This document shows positions 20,730 through 33,003 of a stretch of 64,000 bases of DNA, piece after piece. The position numbers were made by a program, and so were the translations under genes. Origin of the DNA: Zygnema circumcarinatum SAG 698-1b (taxonomy: Eukaryota > Plantae > Zygnematophyceae). The DNA lies in NCBI GenBank assembly GCA_037447605.1, contig CM074820.1, positions 248,001 to 312,000 on the forward strand. The letters run 5' to 3'. Every line of letters begins with the position of its first letter. Positions within the stretch are counted from its first letter, which is position 1. The notes below the pieces were generated by a model. The model was not told the DNA's origin. It was given only the letters and a program-made list of their open reading frames with translations, and ran no database searches.

Positions 20730-22657
20730 TTATCTACTCCCAACTCGCCTCTGCAATTCACAAACCTTTGAGAGGTCTAGCACTCCCTTAGCTCCCCATC
20801 CCACAGAACCTTCCGGAATGCTTGGCCGAAAATCTTCATACAAACGGAATGCCACGTGACCAATATCTTCCGGAGAATATTTTTCCGCAAGCATCGTAAA
20901 TGCAGCTGCAACAATGCAGGCACAGGCCCAAAGGAAAAAGTTCAAAACGGTGAATAACATATTTCTTGTGTGGTCGGTTCCTAACTTTTGGATTCGTATT
21001 GGCCCAACTTAAAAACCATCTTGACCGATTATGACCTGACTTGCCTGAGCTTGACCCATCTTAACTCATGTTAACCCAGTTTGGCTCACTTTCACTCTCT
21101 CTCGCGCTCTCACCATTTCAACCCACTTGATCTCTCACCCCAAACCCCAATTGTGTTCTACAACTCCCATTTTTTAATCTTTAAAAGAAAGTCAAACTGA
21201 AAATTCAATTCAAATACACTCGGATACATCTAGAGTCATATTCGAAAAAAGAAAAACCCAATTTTTTCCACTTTCCATCTTTATGCAACTTCCAGAAAAG
21301 TTAGGGTTCGGCATTTTCTAGAGCTTTCGAAACCCCACCTTTACAAATTTCCAAGTTGAAACTGAAAGCTTTCTGAAGATAGCTCTCCGAACTCTCCGAA
21401 GGAATGATTCGATTTTCGAGCACTGCTCTGACCCCCTCCTTCGTCCTCGACCCCAAAACTGTCCTCCCGAACACATGAAACTCCTCCCACTCTCCGTTTC
21501 CCGTTCCGTTATCCCCCACATTTCCCCCCACATGTAAACGGAGCCTTTTCCCTTTCATTGCGGCACAAACATTCGCAATGGCGCGCCCCAAACTAAGAGC
21601 TTCCTGCCACGTGTAGCCTTCCCATTGGGCCACAACTGCCGCCCATAGAGTCAGTACAGGAGCACGGTTTACCCAAATTTTCCGTTCGAAATCTGAGGGC
21701 AAAATTTTGATTTTATTCACTGAAGGAGTAGGGTCCAAAAAAGTAATTTTTTTCGAAGTTTCTCTCTCGCTTTCTTCCCCTCTCTCTCCCCTTTGCCCTT
21801 CTCTCCCTCTCTCTCCCCCTCTCTCTCTCTCTCCTTCTCCTCCCTTCTCTTCCTCCTTCCTCTCTCTCCTCTCTTCCATTTCAACCACCTCCGCCCAAAA
21901 TGCAGGGTCATCTTCAAAGGGGTCTTGTAAAATTTTAGGGTTTAAGGGGTTTAACGATATTAAAGTGTTATCAAGGTCTTTAGGGATTTGGGTTTCCCTG
22001 AAACTTTCAAAATTCAAAGCATCTTGATCGCTCTGTGAGCATTCAGAAAAATGAGATTTTTTAGAATCTAAGTTTTGGGGGGTTGTGAGGACTTGGGAAG
22101 CGCTGAGAGGTTCAGAAAATTTAGGGTTTTGGGCAGTTTTAGGGTTTTGGCCAGTTTCAGGGTTTTGGGGTTCTACGGTTTCTTCAGCAGGGAGCTCTGT
22201 TTCCATGTGCCCTCCTCCGTCCGCATCAGAGAACCCTCCGTTGTCAGTTTCAGTTCCAGGTGGGTCCAGTTCCCGTTCAACTGAATCCGTTGTACGGGTG
22301 ACATGTGTCCTCCGCCTCGTGGACCGTACAGTTTTGGACTTTTCTGCAGGGCTCGATGGACCAGCAACTGACACCTGGCCTCCCCTCTTCGATAATGGCT
22401 CTGAAAACCCACAGAAGAAAAAAAAAGGGGGGGGGAAAAGGAACGAAAGAACAAACACCCCAAAAATATTCGAAGCGCACCCATCTCATTTCTCCCCTGA
22501 AAAAAAATAAAAAATAAAACTAAGAGAAAAAAATAAAAACTAAATTTATCTATAAAAAGAAGAAATCATTAACTATTTTTTTTTATAAATAAAAATAACA
22601 CGACTGCACCCTATTTCAGAGGCCTCCTCAAAGCATACCAGGGGTGGCTGACGGCAT
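20730..22657 (-). CDS. Uncharacterised protein (~418 aa): disordered N-terminal half plus a conserved-looking C-terminal domain (NRAPVLTLWAAVVA ... YEDFRPSIPEGSVGWGAKGVLDL)
   Basis: Exons 22639-22657 (MPSATP, phase 1), 21339-22400, 20730-20905; phases match. The globular C-terminal segment is split across exons 2 and 3. Exon 1 is inferred only from phase and donor quality. Confidence 0.8.
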
Positions 22658-23798
22658 CTTTTTTGTCGCCTTTGCCGCTGACGCATCCTCCCGTCCCCGA
22701 CTACGCGCACGTGTCTGCATACACCCTTGCCCGTCTGGCACGTGCGCGTAGCCCCAAAAGTGTGCGCCTAACACAAGTAGAAGACAAATTCTCCGAGGAG
22801 AAAGGAAATTTGATGGTGCCTCTACATCATATGCTACATGTGCTTGTTAAGCGTTCCGCGGCTGATACCTACGCAAAAGAACTTTGAACTGCATAGATCG
22901 ATCAGCATACGATACAATACTGCACAGTATGGGAATTCTCTAACCAAACAACGCTGGCGCTTCACATGGAGTCACAGTACAAATTCGTACTAATTCCTAC
23001 TCCGTACGGTACTTCCGAAGGCTGGTCAAAATTGCAGTGGAGGGGGGCATCCACAAAAGGAACTTACGTTGTCGAGATCCTCACCAGATCTTCTACACGA
23101 GTGACGACAAAGATCATTTTGTCCTTCAACCAATCAGCGACCTCTTCAGAGATACGAGGTAGCTTCAAACCGTACGGCCCTATGGGGGTCCGGAGTGGTC
23201 GTATGTAGTGGGACCCTAGGTCGGTGGTGCGTGGCACAAGTACATAGATAGGTCGAAGGAAAACAGGACTGGAGCCGAAGTAGGTCGGTTGTTGACCAGG
23301 ATTGGATATGTGGGTCTTAAAAATCTGCTTTTGTATACACGTGACGCTCTCTCATTGGGCCTTTAACAAAAAATCATTAATGCTGTCCGGACACCTGGGA
23401 GATTCACTAATCGTGTCCGTACTCTAAATTGTCGATTAGGGTAATGCCATTTGCACCGACAAATTGGAGCCTTCCGATTGACCCTCCGCCCGTCGTCGAC
23501 CGCCACGCTGCCGCAGCATCCCAGCCGTCCATATCATCCTCCAGACACGTGTCAAATGGATCCGTACTAGCAGCCAGCTGGCTTGACCGCATGATGAGAA
23601 CAGCAGATGCTGACTCCCCCAAAAACGACAAAGCAAAATTTAAACAGAAATTCCAATTTTGGCGCGTTGCGGCGGACGCGAGCACCTTGCGCGCTTCCTC
23701 GCACGTGTGTCCAAGTTCCGCCATTGGCCGGCCGCCACCCCGCGCCCTAAAGGCACCCCCCCCCTCTCGTCCGCCCTCCGTCCTCCCTCCTTCGCGCC

Positions 23799-26700
23799 AT
23801 GGAGGCCTCTGCGCGCCGCTGGTGAGCCATGGCCATGGGCATGGGCATGGAGAGCATGGGTATGGGCATGGGGATGGCCATGGATGCCATGGCTATGAGC
23901 ATGGCCTTGGGGATGGAGATGGGGATGGCCATGGGGATGATGGGCATGGGACTGATGAGTCTGGGTATGGGCATGGCGCACCCATGCAGGCCCTCGCCCC
24001 TCCTCGTGGTTCTCCTTCTGGCGGCGCAGTGGGGCCGCCCGGCGAACTCTGTGGCGGTGGGCGGCGCGCAGCAGAGTGAGTGTTCGCCTCCCCCCCCCCC
24101 CCGCAAACAAACATATAATGTATACTATTGAAATTTTTTCTAAATCCCTGACATTTCGATTTGATAAAATGCGCATTCATGAGTCTTGAACCTTTATTTC
24201 CTCTCATACATTTGCATAGATTTGTTTGCGGTACATTTTTTCCGTCCATTGCAGTCGCCCTCCAAGCCCTCCGGCGGAGCCTCGCGCCGGCTCCCTCCAC
24301 AGCCCTGCGCTCGTGGTGGTCCAAGAACGAGTGCGCCGATTGGCTGGGCCTCACGTGCGACAAGTTCGGCAATGTGGTCCACTTGTGAGGGCATGAACAA
24401 GCGCATGCATGCATGCATGGCTTGTGGGTCGTGTTTAACATTGGGAATTCCACGCATGCATATGTGTGTTTATATTTCACAATAGTTGGGCTAGTTTAGA
24501 TGGTTGTATTTTCAAGATTTCTGGATTTTCACGTTTTTGTATGGTTAATATTGTTTTTACAAGTTTTTGTCCGCTCAACCCTCAACCCTTCAGCTTGCTC
24601 CTCCTTCCGTCACCTCCCCTTTCCTCTTTCTCTTACTTTCATCGTTCTACATGGAACCTTCTAAAAACCCCACTGAGAGAGAGGGAGATAGAGAGAGAGA
24701 GAAAAAGAGATAGAGAAGGAACGTCACCTCCACAACTAGTTTTGCTATGAGCTGGAAATTTGCAAAAATTTTCCAAAGTTTTGATCTCGCCCTCCCTCCC
24801 TCCCTCCCTCCCTCCCTCCCTCCCTCCCTTTGGTTCCGACCTCTGCAGAATTCTGACCACGCGGCCCATCCCTCTCCTCGGCGGGTCTGTGATACCGGCC
24901 ACGCTCGACGGCCCCTTGGAGGGCACCCTCCCGGAGGGCACGGCCAAGCTCACGTACTTGAAGAGATTGTGAGTTTAAGTTTCAGCGAACCTCATACAAC
25001 CCATGTTAAACCTCTTCGTGTAGCATGTTTTTCCAACGAAACAAACGCTAGGAAAGATAATGAGTCGACATGGTGACGTAGAATGTTAGATAAGGGAAGA
25101 GTGGGAGGGGGAGAGAGGAGGGAGGGGGGAGGGGGGAGGCTACAAAAGCTCATATTCAAGTAGTACCCAGAATTGAATCAGTATTCAGATAAGAAGATGA
25201 GAAGTTGACAATGTATTCGATAATTGGTGGGTGGAAGCAGAATGCTGTATGGGCTTAATCTCAAGGGAGGAATTCCTAATGATATTGGAAATCTGAAGGA
25301 CCTCGAGTTCTTGTAAGCGCTCCGATCCATGCATCAATCCTCCTCCCTCTCCCCTCGCCCCTCCCCCATCCACCCTCCCCCCTTTCCTCTGCCTCCACCT
25401 CCGTCCCCCCTTCCCAATCCTTGCTTCCCACTCCCCCCTGTCCTCACCTCCCTCCCCACTACCCGCTTCCCCATCACGGCTACTCCCACCCCCCTCCCGG
25501 CTCCCCGCTCCCCACTTCCCGCTCCCCTCTTCCCCCTCACCCCCTTACCCGTCCTCCCTGCCCCCACCTCCCTCTCCCCTCCCCCCTAACCCCCTTCCCC
25601 CCTTCCCCCTCTTTCCTCCCCCATCCCCCCTCCCCCTGCCCCCTCCCCCCTGCCCCTTCCACCCTCCCCCTCCCCCCTCCCTCCTCCCCCCTCCCTCCTG
25701 CCTCCTCGGCCTCCCCCCTCCCCCTCCCCCTCCCCCTCCCCTCCCCCTCCCCTCCCCCTCCCCCTCCCCTCCCCCTCCCCCCTCCCCCCTCCCCTCCCCC
25801 TCCCCCCTCCCCCCTCCCTCCTCCTCCCTCCTGCCTCCTCGCTCCCCCCTCCCCCTCCCCCCTCCCCTCCCCCTCCCCCTCCCCCCTCCCCTCCCCCTCC
25901 CCTCCCCCTCCCCCTCCCCTCCCCCCTCCCCTCCCCCTCTCCTCCTCCCTCCCCCTCCCCCTCCCCCTCCCCTCCCCCCTCCCCTCCCCTCCCCCTCCCC
26001 CTCCCCCTCCCCTCCCCCTCCCCTCCTCCCTCCCCCCCCCTCCCCCTCCCCCTCTCCTCCCCCTCTCCTCCCCCTCCTCCCCTCCCCCTCCCCCTCTCCT
26101 CCCTCCCCCTCCCTCCCCTCCCCTCCCCCTCCCCCTCCCCCTCCCCCCTCCCCCTCCCCTCCCCCGTCCCCCCCACCCTCCCCCCTCCCCCTCCCCCCTC
26201 CCCCTCCCCTCCCCCTCTCCTCCCTCTCTCCCCTGTCCCCCCCACCTCCCCCTCCCCCTCCCCCTCCCCCTCCCCCTCCCCCCTCCCCTCCCCCTCCCCC
26301 TCCCCCTCCCCCTCCCCCGTCCCCCTCCCCCACCTCCCCCCTCCCCCCCCCTCCCCTCCCCCCTCCCCCTCCCCCACCCCCTCCCCTCCCCCCTCCCTCG
26401 TCCCCCCACCTCTTCCTCCTCCCCTCCGTCCTTTCCTTCCTCCCTCCATCCCGGAAGCTGCTCACGTTAACTTCTTTTGGTGGTGAATATAAAGGTCATT
26501 GGGGAAGAACGAACTTTCTGGAGGACTCCCATACAGTCTCAGACTCTTGACTAAGTTATCATTCTTGTAAGCTCTAAAACTCAAACCCCTCCCTTTGACT
26601 GTTTTACTGGGATGTTGAAAATGGAAAATCTTGAGAGCACTGTCTTCCCTTTACTTCCATCCAACTTTCCCCTTACATAATGTGTTCTATGTAAAATGTT

Positions 26701-29700
26701 CAATATGGCAGAGACCTTTCCTCCAATCAAGAGGTCGATTCTGCTTCCCAAAAAAAATTGACCGGAAACGTTTCCTTTACAATTCCCCGACTGACCAACT
26801 TGCGATACTTGTATGAGGCTGAACCCTAATTCCATACCCCCTTTTTAGGTTTTCCTTTTCAGAATCTTTTCTTGATGTATAGACAATTAGCTTCATTCTT
26901 TCTTCCTTAGTCCGTAGACAACGACAGGAGGCGGCACTTCTTGTTCAAATGTTTCTTTTTTTTGCGGCCTTTTTAAAATCCCCTAAATGCCATGAATAAC
27001 CTGAATTTTGACTGCATCTGCAGAAATCTGCACAACAATGCTTTCTTTGGAATACTTTCAGGCTTGAAAGCCTTAACGAAACTTGAGTATTTGTAAGCGC
27101 CTATTGCTCAACCTCTTGCATGAAGCTCATCAGCTCTTTGATCTGTCTCCCTCTCTCTCTCTTTTTTTCCATCTCTCTCTATTGCTCTCTCTCTCTCTCT
27201 CTCACTCTCGATGTTCCTCTCTCTGTCTCCCTCCCCCTCTCTCCCTTCCCTCTCTCCCCCCGTTCCTCTCTTTCCCCATCCCTCTCCCTCTCTCACTCTC
27301 TCTCTCGTTGTTCTTAATTATTCGTCGCCCTTAAGAATGGTTTCTTGTTATTCTTTTTCACATGGTACGATTGTCAGCCTGTTCGTTAGGGCGGGTTTTG
27401 AACAAATTTCATTCGCTTTTTTTCTTTTTAGGGACCTCTCGGCAAACTTATTCCGCGGAGCGCTTAGCCAATTTTTGGGGAACTTTCCAAATTTAAATAC
27501 CTTGTAAGTTCAAAGAGAGAATGATTCAAAACTTCTTATTTCTCAGTGAACCAAAAAAACCGAAAGGACTTCAGAAACCCTAAACAAAGCGATCTTTGGC
27601 ATTCAACAATCTTCAAGGCTTCTAAAATTGGAGTAGTTGCTAATTTCATGTTCGATTTTATCTCATGCTTTGACAACACTCTCACTTGCGACACACTCTC
27701 TCTTTATCGCTCTCCCTCTTCTCCTCCCACGATCTCTCTCCCCCCCGTGCCCATCTCCCTTTCCCTCTATCGCTATCCCCTTCTCTCCCTCTCTCCCGCT
27801 CTCTCCCGCTCTCTCTCGCTCTCTCTCTCTCGCCCTCCCTCCCTCTGCCTCTCTCCTACTCTCTCTCCCTCCCCGTTCCTCTCGCTCTCCCCCTCTCTTC
27901 CTCTATCGCTTTCCCCCTCTCTTCCTCTATCGCTTTCCCCCTCTCTCCCTCTCTCCCGCTAACTCCCGCTCTCTCTCGCTCTCTCTCTCGCCCTCCCTCT
28001 TTCTGCCTCTCTCCTACTCTCTCTCACTCCCCGTTCCTCTCGCTCTCCCCCTCGCTCCCCCTATCGCTCTCCCCCTCTCTCCCTCTTTCCCGCTCTCTCC
28101 GCTCTCTCTCGCCCTCCCACTCTCTGTCTCTCGCCTACTCTCTCTCCCTCCCGTTCCTCTCGCTCTCCCCTCTCTTCCTCTATCGCTTTCCCCCTCTCTC
28201 CCTCTCTCCCGCTCTCTCCCGCTCTCTCTCGCTCTCTCTCTCTCGCCCTCCCTCTTTCTGCCTCTCTCCTACTCTCTCTCACTCCCCGTTCCTCTCGCTC
28301 TCCCCTCGCTCCCCCTATCGCTCTCCCCCTCTCTCCCTCTTTCCCGCTCTCTCCGCTCTCTCTCGCCCTCCCACTCTCTGTCTCTCGCCTACTCTCTCTC
28401 CCTCCCCGTTCCTCTCGCTCTCTCCCTCTCCCCCCCTTCCTCTCCCCCTCTCACCCTCCCTTCCTTCCAGGTACTTGTACGAAAATTCATTTTCTGGAGT
28501 ATTACCAAACATCATTGGGACTTACAAAAATTTGAAAACTCTGTGAGTGAGGCATCCAGTCACTCTCACCCCTCAAATGAGTCTCCTTCTTATTTCTTTG
28601 AACCATTGTGAAAATTTGATGTTCTAGAACAAACCATTTTTGGCAGATTTGAAGAATCTTTAGCCCAAGTATTAAGAAATTATTGAATCGAGGCAAATAT
28701 TCGGTGTGATTATGTTCGTCAAATTGAATTTCAATTTTTTTCTTCCTATTGATGCTGGGGATGGAGGACAGGGACTGCTCTTTCTGCGGTTTGGATGGAA
28801 ATATTTCTGAAGCGTTCGGGAATCTGCAGAGATTGGAAAAACTGTGAGCACTGGTTTGAGCCTGTAATAGAATAGAGACCCTAAAACCCTAAAAACGCAA
28901 AAAAAAAAACTAGAATAATATAATAATAGACTTTGATTAGATAGAACTTATAATAGACAACATACAATAGATCTATTGAGAAGCAAATCAATCAATTGAT
29001 GATTTACTCCTGCAAATGCTGAATGTATTGGCTTCAAAATGGGAAAATTACGAGGATATATCTTTGAAACAATGAATGAAATTTTCATTGATGAGGCTTT
29101 TTGAAAACTGTTGTGCTCAAGGCGTGCTTTGTGGTGACTATATTTTTTTTCAGAAATTTACAAAATAATGCGCTTCGTGGGTCCATACCGTACGGCCTCG
29201 TTAACTTGCCGATGTTGAAATCGCTGTGAGTTTCCTAGAAACCCTAAAAACCCTAGAAATCCTAAAAACCCTAGAAACCCTAGAAACCCTAAAAACCCTA
29301 GAAACCCTATAAACCCTAAAAACCCTAGAAACCCTAGAAACCCTAAATACCCTAGAAACCCTAATAACCCTAGAAACCCTAAAAACCCTAGAAACCCTAA
29401 AAACCCTAAAAACCCTAAAAACCCTAGAAACCTTAAAAACCCTTGAAACCCTCAAAACCCTAGAAACCCTGAAAACCCTGAAAACAACAAAAAACCCTTC
29501 AAACCCTAGAAACCCTAAAAACCCTAGAAACCCTAGAAACCCTAAAAACCCTAGAAATCCTAAAAACCTTAGAAACCCTAAAAACCATAGAAACCCTAAA
29601 AACCCTAGAAACCTTAAAAACCCTAGAAATCCTAAAAACCCTAGAAACCCTAAAAACCCTGAAAACAACAAAAAACCCTACAAACCCTAGAAACCCTAAA

Positions 29701-31880
29701 AACCCTAAAAACCCTAGAAACCCTAAAAACCCTAGAAACCCTAAAAAACTTAGAAACCCTAAAAACCATAGAAACCCTGAATACCCTAGAAACCCTAATA
29801 ACCCTAGAAACCCTAAAAACCCTAGAAACCCTAAAAACCCTAGAAACCCTAAAAACCCTAGAAACCCTAAAAACCCTAGAAACCCTAAATACCCTAGAAA
29901 CCCTGTTAACCCTAGAAACCCTTAAAACCCTAAAAACCCTAAAAACCCTAGAAACCCTAAAAACCCTAAAACCCTAAAAACCCTAAAAACCCTAGAAACC
30001 TCAGAAACCCTAAAAACCCTAAAAACCCTAGCAACCCTAGAAACCCTAAACCCTAAAAGCACGTTGGACCGACAAAAATGTAGTCCACATTGCCAAATTT
30101 TGCAGTCTAACTACTTTCTTTATCTAATGCGTGCACCATCCCTCCCAAATATTGTAGTTTTATTTTTTTTTTCGTAAGACTCCATTAGTTTTTATGAAGA
30201 TTTGAAGGCATTTTCTTGCAGAGTTTTACGGCAGAACAAACTAAGCGGCTACATTCCCTACCGCTTCTCGAAATTGGCACCACTTGACTATGTGTGAGTG
30301 CCTTTACCAAAGTAGAGCATGAGAACAATGTTCAATGAAGGTCTCAATTCCGGCGGATCACATTTCCTGTGCTTTTTTGTTTTCCTATCGAGCGAAGCAA
30401 GCTGCCCCCGAGTAATGTTGGGAGTGCTGAGGATCACTTTTTGCTTTCAAACTTTTCTGAATTTTAGCACCCTGAAACTCTATGCAGGTCTTGCGAGCAG
30501 AATGGCTTGACCGGCTTTATCCCCGCCTGGGTTTTGAACTCAAAAGAAGTGTATGTCAACATAATACTTCACTGCTGGTCTAACTGCAACACGCCCCCAT
30601 CTCTCGCCCTCCCTTCCTCCCTCCCTCCTTCGTCCCTCCCTCCTTCCTCCCTCCCTCCCTCCCTTCCTCCCTGAAAATCCCTTTTTCTCTCGCTGCCCCT
30701 ATCCTTCTCCCTCTCCTTGTCCACTTCTTTCCATCTCCCTCTCCCTCTCCCTCTCCCTCTCCCTCTCCCTCTCCCTCTCCCTCTCCCTCTCTGGCTGACT
30801 CCCCACCGCGCCTTGCATGTCTGCAGGTACCTTTACCAGAACAGTCTGTTTGGTCGGTTGCCAGCAATTGGTCCAAACCTAAAAATACTGTGAGTACTTC
30901 CACAAAAACTTTGCTGTTTTCAAAACTTTGATCGCTCCTATGACCTTCACGTAAAACCTTCCTTTCAACGTTTTTTCGCCCCAATGCTACCAAGCAACTG
31001 CCAAGGCCTCATGCTCTCGTTTCCTATACTCTACTCTTACAATCCTAAGCCTTTCCCGTCAAAAAATTTCGAACATTCCACTTCCATTATCTCCTCCCTT
31101 CCAACTCTATCAACTGTTAACTCTATCTCTATCTCTTATATCTATCTCTATCTCTGTCTATTACATCTATCTCTATCTTTATCTCTATCTATCTTTACCT
31201 CCTCTCACCCCCTCTCTCCCTCTCCCCCAGGTTTGTCGGCCAAAACTACCTGTCCGGCGAGGCCCAACTCCCCGACCGCGACATCCTGGACGTCTCCAAC
31301 AACTACCTCTCCTCCATCGCCTTCAACGCCGGCGGCGCCTTCGCGGACGGGAACTGCCTCGCGCTCTCCTCCGAGTTCGGGCAGCAGCGCTCCGCCGCGC
31401 AGTGCGGGAAGTTCTGCTCCGCGCGGCAGCCGGGGGGCGCGTGCGGCAAAAGGGGGACCTGCGTGCCAAGGGTTGGGGCCAGGCCGGTCTGCTTCTGCCA
31501 GCGCGGCTACTACACGGCGGTCCATAAGTTCACATGCACGCACGGTGGGGTGTCTTGTGTCTCTCTCTCTCTCTCGGTCGCTCGCTCTCTCACTCTTGGT
31601 GGGCTTGCAAATATGGGAGTGGGTGGGTATGTATGCATGTGCTGTGTATGTGTGGGGATGGTGTCTGCATGCATGCATGCATGTATCTCTATGTAGATAT
31701 GCATGTGTGTGGGTGCAGGTAGATGTGTGTGGTATGGGTATGGTATGTGTTGGTATGGATGTAGGTCGGTTTTTATGTGATTTGTATGTATGTATGTATG
31801 TATGTATGTATGTATGCATGTCCTAAGTTGCTCAATTCCGGCGGTTCCATGCGCAGCTCCGTCGCCGCCGCCGCCTTTGA
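23799..31880 (+). CDS. Secreted LRR-EGF protein, paralog A (signal peptide, LRRNT, 10 single-LRR exons, NCL..QRS..C..FC module, EGF-like domain; no TM or kinase)
   Basis: Exons: 23799-23821, 23990-24075, 24255-24384, 24849-24968, 25241-25312, 26495-26566, 27024-27092, 27432-27503, 28471-28542, 28772-28843, 29154-29225, 30222-30293, 30488-30550, 30827-30889, 31231-31544, putative last exon 31828-31880. Plant-type LRRs (LxxNxLxGxIP), LRRNT WWSKNECADWLGLTCD, EGF CGKRGTC...CFCQRGY...C. The last exon is uncertain. Confidence 0.9.
25330..26450. repeat. ~1.1-kb C-rich (CCCCCT/CCCT)n low-complexity intron tract; G-rich on the template strand
   Basis: Direct reading; source of several Pro-rich and Gly/Glu-rich spurious ORFs. 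Confidence 0.92.
27690..28465. repeat. CT-rich intronic minisatellite with internal duplications of ~100-bp scale
   Basis: Recurring blocks such as CCCGTTCCTCTCGCTCTCCCC and CTGCCTCTCTCCTACTCTCTC. Confidence 0.75.
29234..30058. repeat. Interstitial telomere-like array of alternating 9-mers AAACCCTAA/AAACCCTAG in an LRR-A intron
   Basis: ~820 bp directly after the 29225 donor; source of the FLGFLG/RVFRVS ORF. Confidence 0.92.
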
Positions 31881-33003
31881 AACGGAAATCGCCGCCACGA
31901 GCGTCGTAGTCTTTGGGGCAGCGCCTCGACATCATCATACGCGGAATTTTTACAAAAGCATATTATTTATATATATACATATATATATATATATTAATAC
32001 AATTATATTGTAAAATGTTTCTATTTGTTTCTTTTTATCGTATAAGGTGAGGGCCCGAAATATGAGAGATTTTTTGCAGGGTTTTGTGGGTTTTAGGACT
32101 ATCTTTCGTATACTGGAGCATAGCCTCACATTTTTGGTGAAGCTTTGAATTCTGAAAAGGACTAGAGCTACGATTTAGATTCGGACAATGTCATGAAATT
32201 TTTGGGCCTCCATAGCTCTAATTTTCTTGTGGACGACGGAGAGTATCGCAATATATCCCATGCGGTACGATATGCCGATACGAGTACGGGAAATCGACTC
32301 GGACTGTATCGTATCGGATCAATACTAACCGCGAGTGGAGCTGCCGGCCGACAAGATCAACTGGCCGGCAGGTGTCGTACGCCGTCAGTGGTACACTTTG
32401 GCGTGTAGCTGTCGTACTATCAACTGTTTCGCGGAAACTTTCAGATGCAACAAAGTCGATCTCAACGGTTGATCGCTGTGTAACAGAAATCCGAGTAATC
32501 CTGGCCGTCGATTATTCCAAGCGTGGCAGAATGGCCACGATCTTGCCACGTAAATTAAAAAATCCAAACATCACTTGGACCAATGACATGCCGTTTCAAT
32601 CCGACGTGGCAACCTTCCATTGCTGAAATAGTCCTGCGATGCGCCGCTATCAGTTTGGTTTGTGCCCCATTTCTTTCGTTTTGTAGTTACAATAGTAATT
32701 ACATGACGAATGCATGGCACTGTGGGCCTTGTAGAACAAAAGGAGGAAACGTTTCCTGCTGCATAGACACTGCTCTCGTGCCCCAAATTTTCACCCAACT
32801 CTAACATCACATGTATATGAATTATATCATACAATTCATATGATGTATTTATTATTCATCGTTATTGCAAAAATGCGCCATTTCATACAAAATAGCTCCA
32901 AAACTCGACGAGATGCTCTGAAGTGTGTCAAAGGGAGCACATGGTTCCATGCGCAAACATGCATGCATCGGAGCATGCAACTCTACCCACACACTCGGAC
33001 AGA

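Noticed and set aside
23829-23989. Met/Gly-rich N-terminus as the main start of LRR-A
   Set aside because: A GT-AG intron model with a 23-nt first exon, matched by paralog B, explains it better; kept only as a possible alternative isoform.
29201-29671. FLGFLG/RVFRVS membrane-peptide-like ORF
   Set aside because: Translation of the telomere-like 9-mer array.
29234-30058. True chromosome end
   Set aside because: The array sits inside an intron with in-phase LRR exons on both sides.
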